IMG/VR virus record: IMGVR_UViG_3300037086_000398
Location: 68,362 to 114,133 of that record
DNA: 45,772 nt
Reading direction: 5' to 3' (one strand)
Origin: a virus
A program made the position numbers and the translations under genes. Under the pieces are notes generated by a model. The model searched no databases, was not told the DNA's origin, and worked only from the letters and a program-made list of their open reading frames with translations. Numbering within the stretch: the stretch's first letter is position 1; each line of letters opens with the position of its first letter. Of this stretch, positions 8,628 through 18,755 are shown piece after piece.

Positions 8628-8926
8628 GATTCGACGAAATAAAACCTGGAATGTTTCTTTATAGAGAGACTGTTGAGGGTCAATTTTGGAGCAAGATTCT
8701 AAGCAAAACTGAGGATGCAATTACATATGAATCCTATGTGAATTGGATCATTAAGTTCGAAATTGAGCATAGAATATATAAGACTGTTAGTAATAAAAAA
8801 TGGAATGATTCGACTGAACCTTTTAAGAGTTATGTCTCTGTAAAGAATAACAACTTTGAAGAAAGTAATTTTCGCACCATGATTGTTGATTTGTTTAAAA
8901 AGCTGATAAAGGAAACGAGAGGATGA
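8594..8926 (+). CDS. hypothetical protein
   Basis: 110-aa ORF. Confidence 0.45.
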   Translation: MGTWCKGKLAMRFDEIKPGMFLYRETVEGQFWSKILSKTEDAITYESYVNWIIKFEIEHRIYKTVSNKKWNDSTEPFKSYVSVKNNNFEESNFRTMIVDLFKKLIKETRG

Positions 8927-9102
8927 CATTCGAAAAAGTATTAAATGAAAAGGTCAAGGAGAAGAAATTCAGAATTGATCCAACATACTACAACATGTCT
9001 TTTAAGAAAGACGATGAATCGGTCAAAGACTATAAAAAAGCCATAAGTAAAAAGGGTGCTTATTATAGTGTTTGGCATCATCAATATATAACAAAGTTGT
9101 AG
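8923..9102 (+). CDS. hypothetical small protein (59 aa, below the ORF-track cutoff)
   Basis: ATGA overlap with the upstream stop; translated by hand as MTFEKVLNEKVKEKKFRIDPTYYNMSFKKDDESVKDYKKAISKKGAYYSVWHHQYITKL. Confidence 0.35.
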   Translation: MTFEKVLNEKVKEKKFRIDPTYYNMSFKKDDESVKDYKKAISKKGAYYSVWHHQYITKL

Positions 9103-9120
9103 GACAGTGGGGAGCACAAT

Positions 9121-9321
9121 ATGAGAGCAAGTCTAAAATGGGAAAGATATATTGAGGAAACTGGAGAACAGGCAGAAAAGGCCATTTTTGAAGACATGAA
9201 GGAGGCCTCTGAAGACGATAAGTGTGAATGTGGTGAGAAAATTGAAAAGAGTTATGTGAGGGGTACTCTGAAATGCAAGGGGTGTAGTAAATACTACAAA
9301 GATAAAGCTTTTAAGAAATGA
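9121..9321 (+). CDS. hypothetical small protein with CxC...CxxC
   Basis: 66-aa ORF; RBS GGGGAG upstream. Confidence 0.45.
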   Translation: MRASLKWERYIEETGEQAEKAIFEDMKEASEDDKCECGEKIEKSYVRGTLKCKGCSKYYKDKAFKK

Positions 9322-9593
9322 GATGGTACAAATTCACTCGAGAGATTCAGAAGAAATTTTCTAGACTTCAGAGAGTGCCAGAAATTCAAAGGGGATGGTA
9401 TGTCGAGAAGCTACTTCCAGGAGAGATAGTTGTGATAGAAACTGATCATGTTTGGTCCTATTTCATACCTCCTTGGGATGCTCCTCCTGATCCTGCGAAT
9501 TCGGAGCAAATTTCGGTGAAAGAACTTCCTGGAAGACTTCTTCCAGCATTCATAAAAGCCGTATTTGAAATTGATTTAAATGAGGAACCATAA
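9318..9593 (+). CDS. hypothetical protein
   Basis: 91 aa; ATGA overlap with the upstream gene. Confidence 0.45.
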   Translation: MRWYKFTREIQKKFSRLQRVPEIQRGWYVEKLLPGEIVVIETDHVWSYFIPPWDAPPDPANSEQISVKELPGRLLPAFIKAVFEIDLNEEP

Positions 9594-9898
9594 TGGAACT
9601 AAAAAAACTAGCTGAAAACTATCAGCCAATGCACAAGAAGCACTACACTCAAATTGGTGGGGCTCTCAAGAAATATGGAATAGTGGATTATCAAGTGAAA
9701 GCAGAGGAGCTTGATCCAGACAAGAAAGAATGGATTACTAAAATCATCATAGAGGATGAACTTGATAGTGATCAAATTGCCAAATTGCTTACAGCATTTG
9801 AGAGATTGGATATAAGCAAAAAGAACATTGATGTGAGGCAGTATCCAAACAAATCCGTCACTGTTTTTGAAATCACTGGTCAGTATAACTTAATGTAG
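9593..9898 (+). CDS. hypothetical protein
   Basis: 101 aa; TAATG overlap with the upstream gene. Confidence 0.5.
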   Translation: MELKKLAENYQPMHKKHYTQIGGALKKYGIVDYQVKAEELDPDKKEWITKIIIEDELDSDQIAKLLTAFERLDISKKNIDVRQYPNKSVTVFEITGQYNLM

Positions 9899-9906
9899 GC
9901 AATGAT

Positions 9907-10593
9907 ATGAAATTTGAAAAAGCTCTACAAAAGAAAAAAAAGAAAGATGGAATAATCAGGCGAACAATGCCTATTGTTGTCAAGGAAGATTCCTCTATGG
10001 GGCAATCTGATGTTGCTTATTCTGCACTAACTGCAGGATTGATGAATGTTTCGAAAGATAGATCTGATTATGATTATAAGAAAAAGAAGAGAAGCAGCAA
10101 AAAAGATAAGTCGATAATTAGATCGGTAAAAGAAGATTGTGATACTGATACTCCAACTGCCGATCCTCTCAAGAATGCTAAGCCTGATGTTGTATGGGGC
10201 AAAGACATGAAGAAGAGAAAAAAGAAGGTGCTCAAGAGAGTAGAAGAAGCTTCGTATGATTCTCCAGTATCGGCCTATTCTAGAGAAGATGAGATTTCAC
10301 GTGGATATAAGCCTGGTGTTAGGACAGATGATGAGGTGAGAAAACAACAGAAAAGGCTTGGTAAAGCAGCCGAAGACACTCGTATGAAGAAAACAAAAGT
10401 GAGGCTTATTAAGAAGGTAGTAGAACAGATGGCTCCTCCGGCCCCTGGTGCCTTGGCGACTCCTCCAGGAACAACTCGTGGTGGAGGAATGTCGGCGGCC
10501 GATGTGGTTGGCATGCCAAGAGATTTGGGAAAAGATGCTCTTAAGAAAAAAAAGAAGAAGATAATTATACGTAAGACTAGTTCCAAAATATGA
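9907..10593 (+). CDS. highly basic Lys-rich protein (internal virion or DNA-binding protein candidate)
   Basis: 228 aa with KKKKK runs at both ends. Lies in the structural region. The antisense ORF 10275-10736 is rejected. Confidence 0.55.
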   Translation: MKFEKALQKKKKKDGIIRRTMPIVVKEDSSMGQSDVAYSALTAGLMNVSKDRSDYDYKKKKRSSKKDKSIIRSVKEDCDTDTPTADPLKNAKPDVVWGKDMKKRKKKVLKRVEEASYDSPVSAYSREDEISRGYKPGVRTDDEVRKQQKRLGKAAEDTRMKKTKVRLIKKVVEQMAPPAPGALATPPGTTRGGGMSAADVVGMPRDLGKDALKKKKKKIIIRKTSSKI

Positions 10594-10617
10594 AAAATTT
10601 GATTCAAGGAGAATGCA

Positions 10618-10818
10618 ATGAATCTTAAAGATTTAAATGACAAGTTGGTATATGAACTCGAGCTCGAGGAAGCAAAGAAAAAGGGAAAAAAGTCGGCTGC
10701 TTCTATGGATGAACCAGTTTCTGGAGCTGGAGACAAGATGGTCGCTCCGGGCGTTCTGAAGAAGGGTGGACAGCTCTATCCACCTAGTAAGGTCGCATAT
10801 TCTAACCTTGTAAAGTAA
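10618..10818 (+). CDS. hypothetical small protein
   Basis: 66 aa; RBS AAGGAG upstream. Confidence 0.45.
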   Translation: MNLKDLNDKLVYELELEEAKKKGKKSAASMDEPVSGAGDKMVAPGVLKKGGQLYPPSKVAYSNLVK

Positions 10819-10822
10819 ATAA

Positions 10823-11446
10823 ATGGGCTCAAAGAATCAGGTCAAACGATTGCGGGTCTATGACCAGCAGACTGTCGATTATGATCTCATCAACTCTCTT
10901 GACGAGGAGCTGCTAGAAATAGCCTCTCCTCCGCTCAAGATCTATGCGTTTAACCTCGCTAAGACTGTTCCAAAGGATCAAACATCTCCACTAGACGATC
11001 TTTATGCAGAGGCCGACATTCTTGATGAGAGCAAGATTCAAGCTATGTATAACCATGGTGGTGGTGGATTTTCTGCAAAAGACTTTACAATCGTTCGACC
11101 TGGTGAGATTTTCGACAATCCTATCGTAGTTCCTGGATACTATCAAGAGCCGACCTGGACTCAGGAACTTACAAGAATGGGTGTTGAAAATGTTGAAGAA
11201 GAACTTGCTATCACTTTCAACTATCAAACAATGAGAAGCCTTTTGGGACAGAAAGAAATTAAGATTGGAGACATTGTCCAAACTTTCAGAGGAAAAATCT
11301 ATCGAGTGATGGATGCATATGTGGCAGACGAAATTTGGGGATGGAAGTACCTACATTTCCATGTTGTTGCTAGAAAACCAGAAGGATTAGATCAGATTCG
11401 CCTACCCGAGGGCTCCCAGCCTCCCACTATGGGTTATTCTATCTAA
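10823..11446 (+). CDS. hypothetical protein (structural-module position)
   Basis: 207-aa ORF. Confidence 0.55.
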   Translation: MGSKNQVKRLRVYDQQTVDYDLINSLDEELLEIASPPLKIYAFNLAKTVPKDQTSPLDDLYAEADILDESKIQAMYNHGGGGFSAKDFTIVRPGEIFDNPIVVPGYYQEPTWTQELTRMGVENVEEELAITFNYQTMRSLLGQKEIKIGDIVQTFRGKIYRVMDAYVADEIWGWKYLHFHVVARKPEGLDQIRLPEGSQPPTMGYSI

Positions 11447-11505
11447 CACAATTCATCTCATCAAACGCCATAATAAGATAAACTAAAGCAAATTGTAGGA
11501 TCATT

Positions 11506-12012
11506 ATGGCCAAAAACGATAAAATCCATGAGGAAATTATTTTTACTCTAAAAGCAGCAGCTGATGCATACATCGTTGAAGAACTCGAAAAAAAATCTAG
11601 TCGCATTAGTGATCCAGTATCGCTTGAAAGTATCAAAAAAGAAGATAGTTTGGTCTCTATTACAGCTGTCAATTTAGTGAAGACAATGACATTGTGGAAT
11701 CCATCTCTTAAGAAGGTGAAGGGATACAACGTAGATCAAGATGTCCTCATAACAAGCAACCCGACATCCACTACCACTCTGACCCTAACAATGAGTGATG
11801 AAAAAGATGACACCATCGTCAAAAACTTTTATGGTGGAGAAGTAGAAATTGGGGACGACAATTACACTCTTAAAGGAAATCCAAGAATAGATGTTTCAGA
11901 TGAATTTGTTGAGGATATTTCAAATGCTATGCTTAAGTCATTAAGAGATAAGCTTGCCAAAGAAGTTATCAAAAAAAATAGAAAGAATCGTGACAAGAGG
12001 AGAAAGACCTAA
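11506..12012 (+). CDS. hypothetical protein (structural-module position)
   Basis: 168-aa ORF; TAATG overlap with the next gene. Confidence 0.55.
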   Translation: MAKNDKIHEEIIFTLKAAADAYIVEELEKKSSRISDPVSLESIKKEDSLVSITAVNLVKTMTLWNPSLKKVKGYNVDQDVLITSNPTSTTTLTLTMSDEKDDTIVKNFYGGEVEIGDDNYTLKGNPRIDVSDEFVEDISNAMLKSLRDKLAKEVIKKNRKNRDKRRKT

Positions 12013-12956
12013 TGGCCTTTGAAGTCTTTCCTCTTTTTAGAGACTATTCACTTGCCATCAGAGACTGGCTCCGTCTAGTCCATCTTCCACGCTTTGATAG
12101 AGTTGATAGAGTTATCAAATCTCTGACAATCAATGGAACCGCTGGTGGTGGAGTAGGACAGCATGAGATTGAGATTATACCAACTGCAGAAGCTAATCCA
12201 TTTGTAGCTGGTCATCCAATCCAAATTACTGGAACGCCCACAAATGACGAATATTACACAATCCTGAACGTTGTTGGAAACATATTGATTCTGGATCAAA
12301 ACTATAGAAAACTCAAGGCTTCCCAAACTGTTTCCCAAGGACATGTCAAAAGGGTCATAAATGTGGTTTATGCTGATTTTGATAGGGCTGTTGCTTCTGT
12401 AGTTCAACCTCTTAGAAATGGAAAGATAGATTCGCCAGCCCTATCTTACTACATAACTGACTACCAATTGAGCCTTGAAAAAAGTAGGCCTGCCGAAAAC
12501 TTTGATATACGTCAGTATAAAGATAATAATACCGGAGGAATAGTCGGTGTTGCGAAAGTCCCTCCGCTATTAGAATACCAAGTTCATTATGTCGTGAACG
12601 CGTGGGCCGTGTATCAACAAGAGATGGATATTTTACAGTATGAAATGGTGACTGAGTTCAATCCACAAAAGTTTTTCTGGATAGGTGATCCAGCATATGG
12701 AATGAACTACCAAGGTGATAGAATGAATCGACAATTTCATGGTCAGTGGTCACAAGCAATTGTCGATAACTTTGCAGATGTTTCTGAATTGGAACCTGGA
12801 GATAGTCAGCAAAGAACTTTAAGATTTGAGTTGAGTTTTACGCTCATGAATGCGTTCCTACCACAACCATTCGATGATCAGCAACCAATGATTGGTTCTA
12901 TAGACATTGAAACTTTGGTAAAAGAACGAGACGAAATGGTTCCGGGTGATCCGTAA
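12012..12956 (+). CDS. hypothetical protein; neck or tail-terminator candidate by position only
   Basis: 314 aa, immediately upstream of the sheath gene. Confidence 0.55.
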   Translation: MAFEVFPLFRDYSLAIRDWLRLVHLPRFDRVDRVIKSLTINGTAGGGVGQHEIEIIPTAEANPFVAGHPIQITGTPTNDEYYTILNVVGNILILDQNYRKLKASQTVSQGHVKRVINVVYADFDRAVASVVQPLRNGKIDSPALSYYITDYQLSLEKSRPAENFDIRQYKDNNTGGIVGVAKVPPLLEYQVHYVVNAWAVYQQEMDILQYEMVTEFNPQKFFWIGDPAYGMNYQGDRMNRQFHGQWSQAIVDNFADVSELEPGDSQQRTLRFELSFTLMNAFLPQPFDDQQPMIGSIDIETLVKERDEMVPGDP

Positions 12957-12982
12957 ATGAAAGCTTAGATAGGAGCTATAAA

Positions 12983-13141
12983 ATGATAAAGGTTAAGAAC
13001 AAGACCTATTCCCCAATAACTTTGACAGTGAATGGGAAAAGTGTCATACTGCCTGAGAGAAGATCAATTGACGTTGAGGTTTTGACTCCTCAGATGATTG
13101 CCTTGAAGGCTCAGGGATTACTTCAGGTAATAAAGAAATAG
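12983..13141 (+). CDS. hypothetical small protein (52 aa)
   Basis: RBS TAGGAG upstream; its stop overlaps the sheath RBS. Confidence 0.35.
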   Translation: MIKVKNKTYSPITLTVNGKSVILPERRSIDVEVLTPQMIALKAQGLLQVIKK

Positions 13142-13151
13142 GAGGAAGCTA

Positions 13152-15938
13152 ATGGCCAATTTTTTGATAAGCCCAGGAGTCATTACTAATGAGATCGATC
13201 AGTCTCAATATGCTGCGACTACACCTGGAACTGGAAATGTAGCGGCTTTGATTGGTTACGCCGAAAAGGGGCCATTTGACCCTACCATTGTCACAAGCCA
13301 ACAAGACTTTAATCTGACATTTGGAAAGACGCTCGCGCAGGTTCCGTATCTTGCTCAAGCTGCCTACAAGTATTTTAACCAGGGAAGTCAGCTTTTAGTT
13401 GTAAGAGCTGGTGATAATAGAGACCCAACTGCATATCCATCAGCTGCTCAATATGCCAGCAAAAGAATTAGAATTCAACCAAGCACAGTAGCTACGGTTG
13501 GGAAACAATCTTTCAAAGCAACAGACGGTGTTGCTGCTGGAAGTTTTGCACCGAACAGCACATATGGATTTAATCTGCTAGCAGATTTTAGAGCATTCAA
13601 AGCCCCTAAAATTGTAGAGAGTTGGACCGGATTGGCTGTCGAAATTGCAAATAATATAGGAGCTCCTGCACCAGCCACAACTATTGATGCTCCATTGTTC
13701 AAGATCGCGGTCGGGGCGAATGCAGATACTGCATTCACAGCTAATTTTAAAAGAAATCAAGATGCAGTTAATGGAACATCAGAGTATTATGGAGCAAGTG
13801 GAACGAGAAATGGTAGTGTTTTGGGAAGTGCTGCTTTAGTAACACTTCGACAATACAGAGATGGTGATACCTATGCCAACGTCGATACTGATCTGATGAC
13901 AATAGCTGGAACATATGGAGCTGCAGTTCTGGCATCCTCTGAGTTTGCTGGACATGATTGGAGTGCAAATCAGGCTGGATTTGTTTTGGACGGGGACACC
14001 ATTACTCTAAACGCTAACTGCGCAACAGTGGTCGCTGCCATTTCTCACATAACGGCCCAAATAGCAGATTCTAATTATGTTGTATTTGAGATGAAGAAGG
14101 CAAGCGGACATTCAAAAATATGTATCAGAAGAACTGCTGGAACTGGAACTACCCTAACCCTAGGAGCACCAACAACCGGTGGAAATGCACTGCCTACTCT
14201 TGGATGGACTGTTGGAACTTATAATGATTCAGATTGGATTTATGGAACTTGGCACGCTGAGTATCCACACGCAATTGCTCCATCGACTGCAAATCCATCT
14301 ACATTTGATGGTATTTTCCTTTTCAATAAAACAGCAACTACACCTAATGTAAAATCATTCCAAGATGTTGGAACAGTAGTAATCACTTCTCCTACATCAG
14401 GAATATGGACATTGGCTAGTATGAAAATTGCAATTCAAGCAGCGATCGATAATCTCTATAGCATATATCATTTTCCAAAATCAAGAGCTATAGTTGATTC
14501 AGGTGCTGGAAAAATTACCATTGATTCTGCTGGTCCCGCCTCTTCAACATTTACTTCTATGGTGAACATTTCGGCACCTAGTTCTGGAAATTCACTAGTA
14601 AGTCTGTTGGGTGGAACAGAGGCTGCCGAAGATGGTATACCTCCAGGAGGAATTGGGGAAGGAATCGTTAATCTAAGAGCTAAAGAAAAAGGTTCATATG
14701 GGAATAATCTCATCTTCAGAACAGAAACTAAAGTAATTAACGTTGGCCAAACTCAGATAACTAATGAAAATGTGTATGTGTTGTGGAATGGTCAACAGGT
14801 TTCCGCCTATACGAAGGTAAATTGGATTGATCCATCTGCTACCAACTATATTAATACAGTAATGGCGAATGACGGTTATATAGTTCTTGATGCAGAAGAT
14901 GAAGATGGAAATAGCACCATGGTTAAGCTTCCAAATGGAGATTGGGTTCTTGGTACAGTTGATATTCCAAATGGAGTTGATTCTGCCAGCGTATTGATTG
15001 CTGATTTCTCTGTTGGAACGAATGGTTGGGTTGAAGATTCAAACAACGTTATCACGACAATGAGCGCCGACTATGCCAATGCTCTTACTAAGATTGCAAA
15101 CCCAGAGGTTTATGAATACAATCTAGTTTCTGCTCCTGGTGGAGCTGATCCAATTGTTCAAAATGCTGTAGCAGCTCTAGTTGAATCTAGACATGATGTA
15201 TTTGGTGTTGTTGATGCTGCTCCATTTGGACTTGGACTTGGAATCGCTAGCAGAAATTCCGACATTACTATGGTTAATGATGCTTGCAGTACTTTGACCT
15301 CTTCGTATGTCGGAGCATTCTGGCCATGGCTATATGATTATGATTCAGACAATAAGCAATATGTTTGGTTACCACCTTCAATCTATGCACTAGAGGCAAT
15401 GGTTTATACCGACAATATTGCAGATCCTTGGTATGCTCCTGCTGGAACAACTAGAGGAAAAGTTGCTGCAATCAATATTGAGTATTCACCAGACAGAACC
15501 GAAAGAGACATTCTCTACGGTGGAACGGCAATAGTCAATTCACTTGTAAAATTTGTCAATGAGGGTATCGTAATTTGGGGACAGAAAACAACTCAAAGAA
15601 CTGATACTGCTACCAATAGAATTAATGTAAGAAGGTTGTTGATTTACGCTGAAAAGTTGATCGCCAAGATGGCTCGTGGCTTCTTGTTCGAACCAGATGA
15701 CTCAACCAATTGGGCAGCATTTGCTAGACAGGCCAACGCCATTCTTGAACCAATTAGACAGCGAAGAGGGTTGACTCAATATACAGTAGTTTGCGACTCG
15801 AGCACAAATACCGCCTCCACGATCAACCAGAATTTGATGGTGGGCAAGATCTTCTTGCAGCCAACCAAAACCACTGAATTTGTTGAGGTCGATTTCACAA
15901 TCAATGCTGCTACTGGTGAGACAACTGTAAGTGGATAA
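13152..15938 (+). CDS. contractile tail sheath protein (T4 gp18-like)
   Basis: 928 aa. N-terminus MANFLISPGVITNEIDQS...GNVAALIGYAEKGPFDPTIVTSQQDFNLTFG and C-terminal ...VKFVNEGIVIWGQKTT are typical of myovirus sheath proteins. Strong SD AGGAGG. Confidence 0.85.
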   Translation: MANFLISPGVITNEIDQSQYAATTPGTGNVAALIGYAEKGPFDPTIVTSQQDFNLTFGKTLAQVPYLAQAAYKYFNQGSQLLVVRAGDNRDPTAYPSAAQYASKRIRIQPSTVATVGKQSFKATDGVAAGSFAPNSTYGFNLLADFRAFKAPKIVESWTGLAVEIANNIGAPAPATTIDAPLFKIAVGANADTAFTANFKRNQDAVNGTSEYYGASGTRNGSVLGSAALVTLRQYRDGDTYANVDTDLMTIAGTYGAAVLASSEFAGHDWSANQAGFVLDGDTITLNANCATVVAAISHITAQIADSNYVVFEMKKASGHSKICIRRTAGTGTTLTLGAPTTGGNALPTLGWTVGTYNDSDWIYGTWHAEYPHAIAPSTANPSTFDGIFLFNKTATTPNVKSFQDVGTVVITSPTSGIWTLASMKIAIQAAIDNLYSIYHFPKSRAIVDSGAGKITIDSAGPASSTFTSMVNISAPSSGNSLVSLLGGTEAAEDGIPPGGIGEGIVNLRAKEKGSYGNNLIFRTETKVINVGQTQITNENVYVLWNGQQVSAYTKVNWIDPSATNYINTVMANDGYIVLDAEDEDGNSTMVKLPNGDWVLGTVDIPNGVDSASVLIADFSVGTNGWVEDSNNVITTMSADYANALTKIANPEVYEYNLVSAPGGADPIVQNAVAALVESRHDVFGVVDAAPFGLGLGIASRNSDITMVNDACSTLTSSYVGAFWPWLYDYDSDNKQYVWLPPSIYALEAMVYTDNIADPWYAPAGTTRGKVAAINIEYSPDRTERDILYGGTAIVNSLVKFVNEGIVIWGQKTTQRTDTATNRINVRRLLIYAEKLIAKMARGFLFEPDDSTNWAAFARQANAILEPIRQRRGLTQYTVVCDSSTNTASTINQNLMVGKIFLQPTKTTEFVEVDFTINAATGETTVSG

Positions 15939-15963
15939 TTAAGCCATTTTTACTCATAACTTA

Positions 15964-15988
15964 GGGAGCCGAAAGGCTCCCTTTTTTT
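15964..15988 (+). terminator. rho-independent terminator (GGGAGCC-GAAA-GGCTCCC + T7)
   Basis: Perfect hairpin with a GAAA loop and a 7-T tract after the sheath gene. Confidence 0.7.
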
Positions 15989-16088
15989 GTCTTTAGATCA
16001 TAACAAATCTTTTGACATTTTCGATAAAGTGTCTGAAAGATAATAGTAAGTGATTTTGGGTATTTAGAACTGAAATGGAGGTTAAACC

Positions 16089-16643
16089 ATGCCTATAGTG
16101 TTATCGAGTGCAGAACACTCTTTTAGGGAACCGAAGAGGAAAAATAGATGGATTTTGAAGTTTGACTCTGTTCCTAATGCAGCAAGCTCAAACGATGCCT
16201 CAGAAGCATTGGCAATTGACATTTTGACGGCTAGCAGGCCATCAGTAAGCTTAGATCCTATTGAATTGCACAGACTGAATGAAAGATTCTGGTTTGCATC
16301 GAAGCCAAGTTGGGAACCAATTTCCTGCATGTTTTACGATTTCGATAAGGGCGTAAAATCAGCAGCTCAGGTTCTCTATTCTTGGTTTACAGCAATTTAC
16401 AACCCACTAACTGGTGGGCAGGGCTATGCGATCGTTTATAAAACAAATGCAACTCTTGTAATGCTTGGACCGGATGGAAAGATTATTGAAGTTTGGGATC
16501 TTTTCGGAGCTTTCCCAGAAAGTGTGAATTTCCAGGATTTGAACTATGAAGGTTCAGATGCTCAACAAGTTGAAATCTCATTGAGATACGATTATGCAGT
16601 ACTTCAGAGTGATACTGGTCCTGGTGGAATCCCAACAGCTTAA
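16089..16643 (+). CDS. tail tube protein (gp19-like)
   Basis: 184 aa. Located directly after the sheath. Size and beta-rich sequence (NRWILKFD...VEISLRYDYA) fit myovirus tube proteins. Confidence 0.6.
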   Translation: MPIVLSSAEHSFREPKRKNRWILKFDSVPNAASSNDASEALAIDILTASRPSVSLDPIELHRLNERFWFASKPSWEPISCMFYDFDKGVKSAAQVLYSWFTAIYNPLTGGQGYAIVYKTNATLVMLGPDGKIIEVWDLFGAFPESVNFQDLNYEGSDAQQVEISLRYDYAVLQSDTGPGGIPTA

Positions 16644-16659
16644 TAATTCAGAAGACTCA

Positions 16660-16684
16660 GGGGGCTAACAAGCCCCCTTGTTTA
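16660..16684 (+). terminator. rho-independent terminator (GGGGGCT-AACA-AGCCCCC + TTGTTT)
   Basis: Hairpin after the tube gene. Confidence 0.65.
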
Positions 16685-16708
16685 CATAACACTCAAGGAT
16701 AACATAGC

Positions 16709-16987
16709 ATGGATCTTGATTTTTTAGCGGAAGAACTAGTTGAAGACAAATTCAAACATCGACAATATAGGCTATTAGAACTCTATCGAGACAAGGTGTA
16801 TTTCTTACCTATTGATAAACAATTCGTAGAATTAGTTGAACTGAAAAGATCAAATGTTGGCATAGAGTCTGAATATGTACGAGTCAAGTTCAGCAAGCAT
16901 GGAATGAAACCGAAGTTTCGAATTATGAGTATCTATGATTATGAAGCTATGATCAGAGAGGGGCCCGCTAAACTGGTTAGACGATAA
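16709..16987 (+). CDS. hypothetical protein
   Basis: 92-aa ORF. Confidence 0.5.
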   Translation: MDLDFLAEELVEDKFKHRQYRLLELYRDKVYFLPIDKQFVELVELKRSNVGIESEYVRVKFSKHGMKPKFRIMSIYDYEAMIREGPAKLVRR

Positions 16988-17069
16988 ACTTGCATATTTC
17001 TTATAAAACTATTCACAATTTATGACCAATTAAAGATATAAAATGTAACGTCCCACTAAGGAGCTAATA

Positions 17070-17957
17070 ATGAGTGATAAAGTAAGTATCCCTACCCCCA
17101 GAAATCTGCAACCGGGTGATGACTTCTATCAAAATATTTCTACAGTCAAAGGAATTGAAGGCCAGCAAATGGCTTTTGAACCGGCAGCAGAGCTGATTGA
17201 AATCCCATCACACGGCTATCTCTATAAAGACATCACTGATGACCCAGACATTTTGGAAAAGGGTGGCATTAGAGTCAGACCAATGACAGTTCATGAGGAG
17301 AAAATCCTTTCCACTCCTCGTCTTATAAAAAGCGGTCAAGCATTGGATATGCTTTTTGCCAATGTCATCAAGAGCAAAGGAAAAAATGATGAGCCTCTTG
17401 ATCCAGGACTTTTACTATCTTCAGACAGAGTATTCATCATGCTTTGGTTGAGATCTGTTTCATATGGAAACGTCTACAAATTCCAGATCACATGTCCAAA
17501 TAATACTTGCCAAAAGCGATTTGAATATGAGGTTGATTTAAGTACCCACCCAATCAGAGAAATGACGGATACTGCGGTAAAGGAACCCTTCGAAGTCACA
17601 TTACCTATGAGCAAATATAGAATTTTATTTAGGCTTCCAAGAGGAAAAGATGAGCTTGAGATTATCAAGATGCAGAACCAGCCAAAGAAAATGAATGATA
17701 CTGATGATTCTATTGTCAAGAGATTGTCGTCAATTATAATCAAAGCCTATGATCCTAATCAGACCGAGCTGCCTCGCCAGGTTATCGATTCCTTCATCGA
17801 GTCATTGATTGCAGGAGACGCTTCTTATTTGAGAGAAGAATTGATTCGCCTTGATTCTGGAATTGAAGACATTAAGGGAATTGTTTGCCCACACTGCGAC
17901 TATGAATTTGATACGCCTATTCCAATTACGGAAAACTTTTTTCGTTCTACAAGATGA
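17070..17957 (+). CDS. hypothetical protein with two C-x2-C/C-x2-C zinc-ribbon-like pairs
   Basis: 295 aa with CPNNTCQKRF...CPHCDYEF. RBS TAAGGAG upstream. Confidence 0.6.
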   Translation: MSDKVSIPTPRNLQPGDDFYQNISTVKGIEGQQMAFEPAAELIEIPSHGYLYKDITDDPDILEKGGIRVRPMTVHEEKILSTPRLIKSGQALDMLFANVIKSKGKNDEPLDPGLLLSSDRVFIMLWLRSVSYGNVYKFQITCPNNTCQKRFEYEVDLSTHPIREMTDTAVKEPFEVTLPMSKYRILFRLPRGKDELEIIKMQNQPKKMNDTDDSIVKRLSSIIIKAYDPNQTELPRQVIDSFIESLIAGDASYLREELIRLDSGIEDIKGIVCPHCDYEFDTPIPITENFFRSTR

Positions 17958-18195
17958 CGAGGCAAAGGAAACGAGGCGTAACCTAACCAAACAACTATTT
18001 CAACTCGCATATTTTGGTCACATTTCTCCAGAGTTTGCATCGGGGCTTGAGATTTCAGAGCGCTCGTATATTTATGAACTTCTAGTAGAGAGATTGAAAG
18101 AAGAAAAGGCAGAACAGGATAAAGAATCTGCTAAGATAAAAGCGGCCTCTAATAAATCTCATGCATCAACACCTCATATAAGAAGAGGGCGCTAG
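17902..18195 (+). CDS. hypothetical protein; ORF in the +1 frame overlapping the 3' end of 17070-17957 (ORF track begins at 17851)
   Basis: Internal Met (MNLIRL...) chosen as start. A T6C run at the overlap. Could instead be a +1 frameshift extension (see findings). Confidence 0.35.
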   Translation: MNLIRLFQLRKTFFVLQDDEAKETRRNLTKQLFQLAYFGHISPEFASGLEISERSYIYELLVERLKEEKAEQDKESAKIKAASNKSHASTPHIRRGR

Positions 18196-18230
18196 CATAA
18201 TTATTTCTAATCAGAATGTAGGAGAACTTC

Positions 18231-18743
18231 ATGTTAAATCTACGCACAGATAGGGGACTTAATGAAGCACTAAGCTGTGGTGTTGCTTCAAGAAGTCCAA
18301 AATGGCCAAAAGTTCAAAAGGCCCACCTCAAAATAGAGCCGATTTGTGCATGTTGCAAGCCAGGAGAAAACGCCTCAGCCAGTCTTCAAGTTCATCACAA
18401 GTTTCCATTTCACTATTGCGTGGCCCTAGGTCGTCCAGATCTTGAGCTTGATCAAAGAAATTTGATTACTTTGTGTGAAACTACAAAAGACAGGCCAGCA
18501 CCAGACCATCATCTTCTTGTCGGTCACCTTGGTGATTTCAAATCAACAAATTTAAATGTGAAAACAGACGTTACGACATTTAATGGAATGTCGGAACAAC
18601 AAATTAAAACTGATCCAAGATGGAAAACAGACGAAAAAGGCAGACTCAAGCCACTCAATGAAATGAGTATGGATGAAAAGAATGCCTTCGTTGAACTTAT
18701 GAATTCAACATTCCCGAAGATTGAAAAAACATTGAATGAATAA
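18231..18743 (+). CDS. HNH endonuclease
   Basis: 170 aa with CACCKPG...HHKFPFHYC...NLITLCE...HH (Cys-x2-Cys, HH, N and H of the HNH motif). RBS AGGAGAA upstream. Confidence 0.7.
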   Translation: MLNLRTDRGLNEALSCGVASRSPKWPKVQKAHLKIEPICACCKPGENASASLQVHHKFPFHYCVALGRPDLELDQRNLITLCETTKDRPAPDHHLLVGHLGDFKSTNLNVKTDVTTFNGMSEQQIKTDPRWKTDEKGRLKPLNEMSMDEKNAFVELMNSTFPKIEKTLNE

Positions 18744-18755
18744 CCGGAGAACATT

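Noticed and set aside
10275-10736. 153-aa minus-strand ORF antisense to the Lys-rich protein gene
   Set aside because: Low-complexity Ser/Phe-rich mirror image of the poly-AAG/AAA coding run. No RBS, and it would interrupt the plus-strand operon.
16990-17069. Sigma70-like or T4-late-like promoter motifs (TTGCAT, TATAAAAT) upstream of 17070
   Set aside because: The spacing to a matching partner element is wrong. The host and its promoter consensus are unknown. TATAAAAT also occurs inside the RBS region at 12971, so it is not diagnostic.
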